Shown: positions 57,135-64,000 of the stretch, in pieces
Position numbering within the stretch: position 1 is the first letter of the stretch
Layout of the letters: each line of letters begins with the position of its first letter
From: Rhodobiaceae bacterium
GTDB taxonomy: Bacteria; Pseudomonadota; Alphaproteobacteria; Parvibaculales; Parvibaculaceae
Length of the DNA: 64,000 bases
NCBI GenBank assembly: GCA_021404525.1
Contig: JAAWWE010000014.1
Location: forward strand, 22,407-86,406
Direction of reading: 5' to 3'
The notes under the pieces: model-generated
What the model saw: the letters and a program-made list of their open reading frames with translations, nothing else
Told to the model about the DNA's origin: nothing
The model's database searches: none
Made by a program: the position numbers and the translations under genes

Positions 57135-58393
57135 AAAGCTCCTTCGATTTCAGAGAATTGTGGACGACTACTCCACTGCTTCCCGCTCAGCCCATGGGTT
57201 ACTCTTCCACATTTCATCAAGAAATTTTCATACTCTCTTGATCGAAGTCTGACATCGGAAGAATTCTGGTAATAGAGAATGAGTTCCCGGAAAGGACTGG
57301 AAAAATCTTTGAAGGCCGCAATGACTGCCACCAAGGCGCCAAGTGACAAACGGCCTTCAATAACAAGCCAGCCTCCAATCGAGTAAAGCAGAAAAGGCGT
57401 CAATGACATCAGAAAATTACTGATTGCCTTTTGCAAATACTTCGCGCGCTGCAATTCAAGTCTCGTGTTTCTAAGCTTGTGGGCCGCTGAGAGTGTTTTG
57501 CGAGTGATGTATCGGCCGGATACATCACCGGTTTGCTCCCCGAGAACGTCTCCGAATGCGCGAACAGCGCGAATGCGGAGTCTCATCCGTTTGTTTACCC
57601 ATCTTTGCAAAATGGGTATGATGAACAGTTGAACAGGTACTAATGTCATCGCTGCGGCTCCCAATATCGGGTCTTGGATGAACATGAACAGCAGGACAGT
57701 GACTAAGGTGCCGCCTTGAAATACAGGCGTCGCCAGAACATCTCCCGCAAACCCGCCGATAGGTTCAATTTCACTCGTCGATAGTGGGATGACTTCGGTT
57801 CTGCGCTGTCCTTCCGGTGCGCGTCGCCACGCCCGGTAAAGCACCAGGCGCAGCCGCAAAAGCGTTCGCTCTCCGATCTCCCCCTTCTTGACGTTAATAC
57901 AGTACTTGATCGCGCCGCTCACGATCAGGGAAATAAGATACAAGACAGACAAGAGTCCAAGAAACTCTAGTTGTGTGTATTGAGAGTCAAAAACATCAAT
58001 GGGGAAATGGTTTGATTCGATCGCACCGTTGACAATACGTTTTGGCAACTCAAGTGTCGCATACAGTACTGGTTGTGCTAACAAACCAAGAAAAATAACG
58101 GTAACCTGTTCATGCCAGCGCAGCCCTATCAAGCGGCGAACAAGAGCAAACTCCCTACGATCTTCAATAGAAAACAGCCTGTTTTGAGCTATACTTTTGG
58201 TAATCTGCGCTAGGAATATCAGGAAACCTAATAGCGTAGCGAGAGGCGCAATTACTAGAATAAGGTGCAGCGCCACATGTAGCCAATGGGGAGGGTTTTC
58301 AATGATGCGGAATCCTAACAGGTCCGCAATATGATGTGTCCAGCCGAAAAGACCAGAAATTGTAAACGCGTCGATTTCCAGAGCCGTACTCAT
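57131..58393 (-). CDS. ABC transporter transmembrane-domain protein (no NBD)
   Basis: LELPKRIVNGAI, GERTLLRLR, IGGWLVIEGRLSLGALVA; no Walker motifs. Confidence 0.75.
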   Translation of the reverse strand: MSTALEIDAFTISGLFGWTHHIADLLGFRIIENPPHWLHVALHLILVIAPLATLLGFLIFLAQITKSIAQNRLFSIEDRREFALVRRLIGLRWHEQVTVIFLGLLAQPVLYATLELPKRIVNGAIESNHFPIDVFDSQYTQLEFLGLLSVLYLISLIVSGAIKYCINVKKGEIGERTLLRLRLVLYRAWRRAPEGQRRTEVIPLSTSEIEPIGGFAGDVLATPVFQGGTLVTVLLFMFIQDPILGAAAMTLVPVQLFIIPILQRWVNKRMRLRIRAVRAFGDVLGEQTGDVSGRYITRKTLSAAHKLRNTRLELQRAKYLQKAISNFLMSLTPFLLYSIGGWLVIEGRLSLGALVAVIAAFKDFSSPFRELILYYQNSSDVRLRSREYENFLMKCGRVTHGLSGKQWSSRPQFSEIEGAL

Positions 58394-58448
58394 CGGGTGT
58401 CCTTAAATCGGCCGGCAGAGAAGCGGCCCTGGAACCTAAACATCACGT

Positions 58449-58736
58449 CTATTGCTTCATAAGCTCTGTTACGATGTATTTTCCGTTGATTTGCTCAACG
58501 ACAAAATGGATTTGAGTACCTTTACGAAGACCTTTCATCATCGAAGGCTTCGCAACTGCATAACCCATTTCCATCGCTGGCATGTTGATGTTTTCGAGTG
58601 GGCCGTGGTTGATGGTCACAACATTCGATTTGCGATCCAAGTTCGTAACGGTGCCCATCGACATGTCGTGGTCGCCGCCCGCCAATGACGCTGTTGCGGC
58701 AATTGCCAAAGCGGCTGCGAGTGAGAGAATTTTCAT
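58449..58736 (-). CDS. cusF: CusF-family periplasmic copper-binding protein
   Basis: Signal peptide, VTINHGPL...MPAMEMGY. Confidence 0.82.
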   Translation of the reverse strand: MKILSLAAALAIAATASLAGGDHDMSMGTVTNLDRKSNVVTINHGPLENINMPAMEMGYAVAKPSMMKGLRKGTQIHFVVEQINGKYIVTELMKQ

Positions 58737-59090
58737 GTTTTGTTTTACTCCTTTGTGAGGTGCAAGATCGGTTGCTAGAGTCCAGGCTTTCTTGATTTCA
58801 AAACAGGCAAGCTTTGGAGTTTGGCTGAAAATCACCGAAGGATTTCACTCTGACTATCGGGTTGAGCCCGACGGCCTTGTTGAAGTTGGCAGTGTGAACG
58901 GCCCTGGCGTTTCTACCTTCGATATCCTCTGCTTTGCTTGGCTTTGAGCCGTGATCACCTCATGTCGATAAAGCTAAAAATCCCAAACAAATCAATACTA
59001 CTAGGCCAGTTTGAAATGTATCAATTTGTAAGGTTTACACCGACGAACACGACCGATAGCTATCGTTCAGGACATTGGAGAAAGAGACCT

Positions 59091-59432
59091 ATGCGGCTGG
59101 AATGGATGACCAAGATAATTTGCGTCTTGTCGCTCGCTCTTTTAGTATTGTCGCTCACTCCAACTCTGTCTGTTGCTGTTGAGAACTCGCCTCTAACGTT
59201 CCAGGAAATTTGCGCGGAAGATAACTCAGCGCATGCTGCGCTGGTTACTGATCAGCAAGAGCGTCATGACACTGCGTGCTTTGGCTCGATGGCGCACTGT
59301 TCGATTATTTCCACAACGCCACCGACGCCTTATGCGCCAGGTCTTGTGACAGCTTTTAATGCTCAGAAGCTTGTGGCGCAGAGCGCCGAGAGTCGCACAC
59401 TGGAAGTGAAGTCGCCCCCTCCGCGTTCCTGA
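59091..59432 (+). CDS. CutF/DUF2946-like leader protein upstream of the multicopper oxidase
   Basis: Signal peptide, HDTACFGSMAHC, C-terminal SPPPRS. Confidence 0.65.
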   Translation: MRLEWMTKIICVLSLALLVLSLTPTLSVAVENSPLTFQEICAEDNSAHAALVTDQQERHDTACFGSMAHCSIISTTPPTPYAPGLVTAFNAQKLVAQSAESRTLEVKSPPPRS

Positions 59433-59618
59433 AATCCCTTCCGATCTGCAGGTTGCTCTGTGCGTGTAGTTAACTGCGAACAGCGCTTAGTCCCTGCATC
59501 TGCATGCTTTGAGGGCGGTTGCCGGTAGGCTTTTTCGCAACGCCGAAGAAACCGGTCGCCCGATCTCAGATCTTGCAATTTAACAGACTCTAACAATCTC
59601 ACTTATAAGGAGAAGAAA

Positions 59619-61457
59619 ATGCCGCTCTTTAGCGCAAAATTCCTTGCACGCTCAGACACTGCTTTGAGTACATCGGAACATATCTCTACAGGCCTTTCGC
59701 GGCGCGAGTTCGGTCTGGCGGCAGCTGCAGCTCTCGCAATGCCAACCGCTTTGCAAGCTCATCAAACGCCGAAAATTACTTCTAAGGGTACGTATGACAT
59801 CACCGTTGACCGGGTGCGGATTGATACAGGCGATTTCCGCACGAAGGGTGTTGGCTACAACAATAGCCCGTTCCCGACCGTCCTCCGCTTCAAGGAGGGT
59901 GAAGAAGTCACGATCAACGTCAAAAACAATCTAAACGAAACTACCTCGATTCACTGGCATGGGTTGATCCTACCGTTTACTCAAGACGGCGTACCTGGGA
60001 TCAGCTTCAACGGGATCCCCCCGGGAGAGACCTTCACCTATCGGTTTCCGATCACCCAGGCTGGCACCTATTGGTTCCACAGCCATTCCGGGTTCCAAGA
60101 ACCGGACGGTGCGTACGGGGCCATTGTGATCGAGCCTCGCGGAGGTGAACGGGTGCGGGCAGATCGTGATTATGTCGTTCAGTTGGCAGACAAACACCCA
60201 CACTCCGGCAGGAAAATCATGCGCAACCTCAAGCGAATGCCTGACTACTACAATCGGTCGCAGCGCACGCTCCAAACACTCATAAAAGACTCGCGCGCTG
60301 ACAGTCTGCAAGCAGCCCTGCAGGAACGCGGGATGTGGGGCAGAATGCGCATGATGCCGACCGATATCGAGGACGTTCAGGGGTTCACGGCGTCAATCAA
60401 TGGCCAGAGCACGTCGCAGAACTGGACCGGCTTGTTCCGTGCGGGTGAGAAAGTTCGACTGCGTTTCATCAACGCGTCCGCGATGACCTATTTCGACATG
60501 CGGATTCCGGGGCTCAAAATGACCGTGGTCCAAGCGGACGGGAATGATGTTAAGCCGGTCGAGGTAGACGAACTCCGTATTGCTGTAGCCGAAACATACG
60601 ATGTCATCGTGCAGCCGCGTGAGAACAAAGCTTACAGCATTATCGCGGAATCGGTGGGACGTACCGGCATGGTGCGGGGCACTCTTGCACCAAGAGAAGG
60701 TATGGCAGGCGCTGTGCCGACGATGCGGCCGAAACCACTTCTCACAATGGCCGACATGGGCGGTATGATGGGTGGAATGGGCATGGAGGGTCATGTGATG
60801 CAGAATATGGCCGGCATGGATCATTCCAACATGGCCGGCATGGATCATTCCAACATGGCCGGCATGGATCATTCCAACATGGCCGGTATGGATCATTCCA
60901 ACATGGCTGGTATGGACCACTCCAACATGGCTGGAATGGATCACTCCAACATGGGCGGCATGTCGGAACCCAGCAGTGTCGACCCCTCCTATGCCAATGG
61001 CAGTGGTTTGATACCCAGGGCCTACAATGGAGGGAAATTCCTGTCCTATGCCGACCTCACGGCCGCGCGGCCCAAATACAAGTACAGGAAGCCGTCGCGC
61101 ACGATCGAATTGCGTCTTACGGGGAACATGGAGCGTTACATCTGGTCGATCAACGATGTGAAATTCAATGATGCAGAGCCGATCGTCCTGAATTACGGAG
61201 AACGCGTGCGCATTCGCTTCATCAACGAAACGATGATGGCGCACCCGATGCACCTACACGGTCTTTGGTCGCTCGTGGATGTGGGCAAAGGGTCTCGCAA
61301 CCCCATCAAACATACCGTCAATGTGAACCCCGCCATGACGGTGGACATAGATGTAGAGGTCGATGAACCTGGTCAATGGGCGTTCCACTGTCACCTCTCA
61401 TACCACGCTGATGCTGGCATGTTCCGCAAAGTCGTGGTGCGCGGCAGGCCGGCGTAA
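59619..61457 (+). CDS. copA: Copper-resistance multicopper oxidase CopA/PcoA
   Basis: Tat SRREFG; HWHG, WFHSH, HPMHLHG, HCHLSYH; Met-rich insert. Confidence 0.93.
   Translation: MPLFSAKFLARSDTALSTSEHISTGLSRREFGLAAAAALAMPTALQAHQTPKITSKGTYDITVDRVRIDTGDFRTKGVGYNNSPFPTVLRFKEGEEVTINVKNNLNETTSIHWHGLILPFTQDGVPGISFNGIPPGETFTYRFPITQAGTYWFHSHSGFQEPDGAYGAIVIEPRGGERVRADRDYVVQLADKHPHSGRKIMRNLKRMPDYYNRSQRTLQTLIKDSRADSLQAALQERGMWGRMRMMPTDIEDVQGFTASINGQSTSQNWTGLFRAGEKVRLRFINASAMTYFDMRIPGLKMTVVQADGNDVKPVEVDELRIAVAETYDVIVQPRENKAYSIIAESVGRTGMVRGTLAPREGMAGAVPTMRPKPLLTMADMGGMMGGMGMEGHVMQNMAGMDHSNMAGMDHSNMAGMDHSNMAGMDHSNMAGMDHSNMAGMDHSNMGGMSEPSSVDPSYANGSGLIPRAYNGGKFLSYADLTAARPKYKYRKPSRTIELRLTGNMERYIWSINDVKFNDAEPIVLNYGERVRIRFINETMMAHPMHLHGLWSLVDVGKGSRNPIKHTVNVNPAMTVDIDVEVDEPGQWAFHCHLSYHADAGMFRKVVVRGRPA
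60807..60950 (+). repeat. Six 24-bp tandem repeats encoding MAGMDHSN
   Basis: ATGGCCGGCATGGATCATTCCAAC units; the first three are identical, later ones carry synonymous changes. Confidence 0.95.
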
Positions 61458-61484
61458 GTGCCTCGAATACGAAGGATAAGATCA

Positions 61485-62189
61485 ATGCAAAACATAAAGT
61501 TAGCTAGCGCAGCAGGCATGATGCTTGCAGCCGCTTCGGCGGCTCAAGCCGAACCGCTCATCTACGGGTTTCAGGCTGAGCAGTTCGAATATCGAGACGG
61601 TGACAACGGCGAAAATGTCTTTGTCTGGGATTTCGATTTCGTCGTTGGAACAGACGAGTTAAAGTTCGTTTGGCGGAGCGAAGCCGAAATCGTGGAAGGG
61701 TCTGGTGACTTCGAAGGCTTGGAAAACCAGCTGCGGCTGCAGTTCCCGATTTCGACTTTCTTTGACGGCGTAGTCGGTGTCCAAGCGAGTACACCCGATG
61801 GATTACCGGATCGGTATAATGCGGTGTTAGGCCTTAAAGGTCTTGCTCCTGGTTTCCTAGAGGTTGATGCTGATTTCTTTTTGTCCGATCATTCGTTCTT
61901 TCGCTTCGAAGCGGAGTATGAGGGTCTAATTACCAATCGGCTCATCTTGACACCCAGCATCGAAGTGACGGTCCCTCTTGAGGATGATCTTGCTTATGAT
62001 CAAGCGTCAGGTGGTGCAACAATTGAAGCCGGGTTGAGGCTTAGTTATGATCTGGTTGATCGTTCTTTCTCGCCTTACATAGGGATAAACTACGAAAAAT
62101 CCTTTGGTGGGACGGCTGATCTTATTCGTGCAAGCGGAGAGGAAAACGGCGTTACCTCTATTGTTTTTGGGACGCGTCTGATGTTTTGA
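61485..62189 (+). CDS. copB: Copper resistance outer-membrane protein CopB/PcoB
   Basis: GLKGLAPGFLEVD, TNRLILTP, EAGLRLSY, FSPYIG, terminal Phe. Confidence 0.88.
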   Translation: MQNIKLASAAGMMLAAASAAQAEPLIYGFQAEQFEYRDGDNGENVFVWDFDFVVGTDELKFVWRSEAEIVEGSGDFEGLENQLRLQFPISTFFDGVVGVQASTPDGLPDRYNAVLGLKGLAPGFLEVDADFFLSDHSFFRFEAEYEGLITNRLILTPSIEVTVPLEDDLAYDQASGGATIEAGLRLSYDLVDRSFSPYIGINYEKSFGGTADLIRASGEENGVTSIVFGTRLMF

Positions 62190-62195
62190 CACGGG

Positions 62196-62223
62196 ACCGC
62201 CCCTTCTGAACTGAAGGGGCGGT
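62196..62223 (+). terminator. Hairpin after copB
   Basis: ACCGCCCCTTC-tgaact-GAAGGGGCGGT 11-bp stem; weak U-tract. Confidence 0.6.
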
Positions 62224-62487
62224 TCAATCTGCCTGTATCAACAGCTAGTCGCAAGTTGATCTACGAAACAATCCGCATTTGTGGCGGATACAGAAGACTC
62301 AGATTGCACGCGTTATTGATCTTCTCGCATCATATTTCCTCGATTTCAGGTGAGCCTGCTCTCGAACTGAGGAAACTGTTGATTAAAAGAGGATGTTTCA
62401 GCCAAGAAAAAATCATTAGCACACAAGTACACTGGAACTGCTGTTCTGAACTACGGTCCTAAGGTACGCCCGTGCGAAACGGTAATT

Positions 62488-63177
62488 TTGGTTCAGAAAA
62501 TCGACTATATCCTCCAGACATGCCAACCTGCTTACATGCAACGCTTCTTTTCAACCAAGATGCCGGGCGCGCAATTTGTAACGAACGTCTTGGTCTTCAG
62601 CCTGATTGGTCTCTTGCCGGTCTTGCTCGTCTATGTTTTGCGCGCTCCAGGATTTGCTTCGGCGTTGATGGACGGTGGACCGGCGCTGTCGCGATTTCTC
62701 AGACAGGTTCTGACAAACGGCCTTCCCGTCATCTTTATCGTCAACTACGTCGGCTTCTTTCTGTTTGCGGTGTTGAATACCAAGGACGCCAATGGCCGTG
62801 ATCCGGCGGTATTCATTCTCTTCGATGTGATAACTCGCGTCGCTCTTTTTCTCGTTCTCCACGCCTTCATTTACGTGCTTTCCGCCAGTTGGTTCGGCTC
62901 TTTTGGAGGCAGTCGGGCGACGGCTCTTTCAGTGGTTGCGCCCACACTGGCGCGGTCCGCACTCTTTGAAAACATATCCGGAGTCTACCTGTACGCCACT
63001 TTGGTAAGTGCACTGCCGCTCTATGTTACGGCAGCCGGAAAGTCGGCAATCCTGAGACCATTCGTTGATCTCTTCCCAAGAAACATGGGCGCGGTTTCGG
63101 TTGCTCTCCTCGCTTTTTTGTCGGCCGCTGTGTGTCTGACGGCTATTGCCGCCGTCATCCTGCGTCTTCAGAGCTAG
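62488..63177 (+). CDS. Hypothetical polytopic membrane protein (start uncertain)
   Basis: About five hydrophobic segments. Confidence 0.65.
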   Translation: MVQKIDYILQTCQPAYMQRFFSTKMPGAQFVTNVLVFSLIGLLPVLLVYVLRAPGFASALMDGGPALSRFLRQVLTNGLPVIFIVNYVGFFLFAVLNTKDANGRDPAVFILFDVITRVALFLVLHAFIYVLSASWFGSFGGSRATALSVVAPTLARSALFENISGVYLYATLVSALPLYVTAAGKSAILRPFVDLFPRNMGAVSVALLAFLSAAVCLTAIAAVILRLQS

Positions 63178-63689
63178 ATTGCCGTCGCGCTCTCACGTGA
63201 GCGTGACGCGCGCCATGCTTTGGCAAAGGCCAGAACCCAGAGCCCTGCAAGAAGGAAACTCCAAAGCGCGTTCCAACTCGCCATAGACAGGCTGAGGAAC
63301 TCCCAGGCGACTTGGTCGCACATGACCAAGGCTGATGGCGCGGATGATGCAGAGGGCAGAAGGTCCGCACCGGACAAGTTCGACATATCAAGACCAGAGC
63401 CGGTGCACGCCGTCGGACCTTCCCACCAACCCCGTTCGACGCCGGTGTGGAAAATCCCGACGCCTGCTGTCGTGAACGCTGCGGCAGCGCCTGCCATCAG
63501 TAGTAGTAAGATGGGCAAACCAACCATGAGGAGCGCGCCAATAGCGATGGCGATCGCGTGAGGGTATCGCTGCCAAATGCACATCGCGCATGGTGCGTAG
63601 CCCGCTGCCTGAAACAAGAAGGCAGCCAGCAAAAGAACGGCCGATCCGCCGGCAGCGATCAAACCAAGTTGTTTCGAAGACAGCGGCAT
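63174..63689 (-). CDS. dsbB: Disulfide bond formation protein DsbB family
   Basis: PCAMCIWQR, HTGVE..WW.GP..C, CDQVAW...SMASWN. Confidence 0.88.
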   Translation of the reverse strand: MPLSSKQLGLIAAGGSAVLLLAAFLFQAAGYAPCAMCIWQRYPHAIAIAIGALLMVGLPILLLLMAGAAAAFTTAGVGIFHTGVERGWWEGPTACTGSGLDMSNLSGADLLPSASSAPSALVMCDQVAWEFLSLSMASWNALWSFLLAGLWVLAFAKAWRASRSRESATAI

Positions 63690-63790
63690 TCACCTTCCTT
63701 TCGCCTACACGCAGCTCGACGGTCGAACTCGGTGTAACTCTCCAAGTACGCGCCGCAGTTGCCGATTTCTCGGCAACTGCGCATTCATGA

Positions 63791-64000
63791 TCAGTTCGGC
63801 ATTATGGCCCCGATTGCGTACATGCCATCCTCGCCCTTGACGAGCATCAGGGTCACCTCGTCACCATCGGTCACCTCTCCCATCATCTGCGCGTTTTCCA
63901 GAACCGTCATATCCATCGTCATTGCAGGCCAGCCGATCTCGGGAATCGGGTCATGGCTCACGTTTGCAGTGCCGTCGCCGATGGAATTGATTACGGCCTT
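63791..64000 (-). CDS. CusF-family copper-binding protein, C-terminal part (truncated by window)
   Basis: Read manually: KAVINSIGDGTANVSHDPIPEIGWPAMTMDM...AIMPN*. Confidence 0.8.
   Translation of the reverse strand, partial: KAVINSIGDGTANVSHDPIPEIGWPAMTMDMTVLENAQMMGEVTDGDEVTLMLVKGEDGMYAIGAIMPN

Noticed and set aside
59015-59036. CopR/CusR-like box upstream of the CutF-like leader
   Set aside because: Only a partial match to the cop-box dyad, and no cognate regulator in the window.
60807-60950. Tandem repeats as a CRISPR array
   Set aside because: No spacers; the repeats are in-frame coding units inside copA, and no cas genes are present.
1-64000. rRNA, tRNA or integron integrase
   Set aside because: None recognised by eye; a covariance-model search was not possible.

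Overview
This window is a 64-kb segment of a conjugative RepABC-type plasmid from an alphaproteobacterium, with a Rhodobacteraceae/Roseobacter-like gene set (host is an inference). The backbone comprises the 3' end of repC, a leading region (ardC plus small ORFs behind structured leaders), a T-DNA-border-like oriT, a VirD2-like relaxase with accessory protein and VirD4, a full virB T4SS and a PIN-HTH toxin-antitoxin pair. There are three cargo blocks. (i) A Ni/Co/Zn/Cd module (nreAB, HupE/UreJ, MerR, two CDFs) is inserted in the leading region. (ii) A visibly AT-richer three-gene operon between virD4 and virB11 encodes a C5-cytosine methyltransferase, a MORC-like GHKL ATPase fused to a complete histidine kinase, and a receiver protein with an uncharacterised C-terminal domain; it has no nuclease gene and is the best candidate for an uncharacterised defence/signalling system. 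(iii) A large copper/microoxia island carries a Cu P-type ATPase, a CorE-like Cys-rich ECF sigma, cytochromes, CusF proteins, multicopper oxidase CopA/CopB and an FNR box, interrupted by an IS3 and an IS66. Three separate small secreted ORFs upstream of metal genes end in RPPR/PPPR motifs and look like metal-sensing ribosome-arrest leader peptides; one is His-rich and may sense nickel. All calls come from motif reading; no searches were run.
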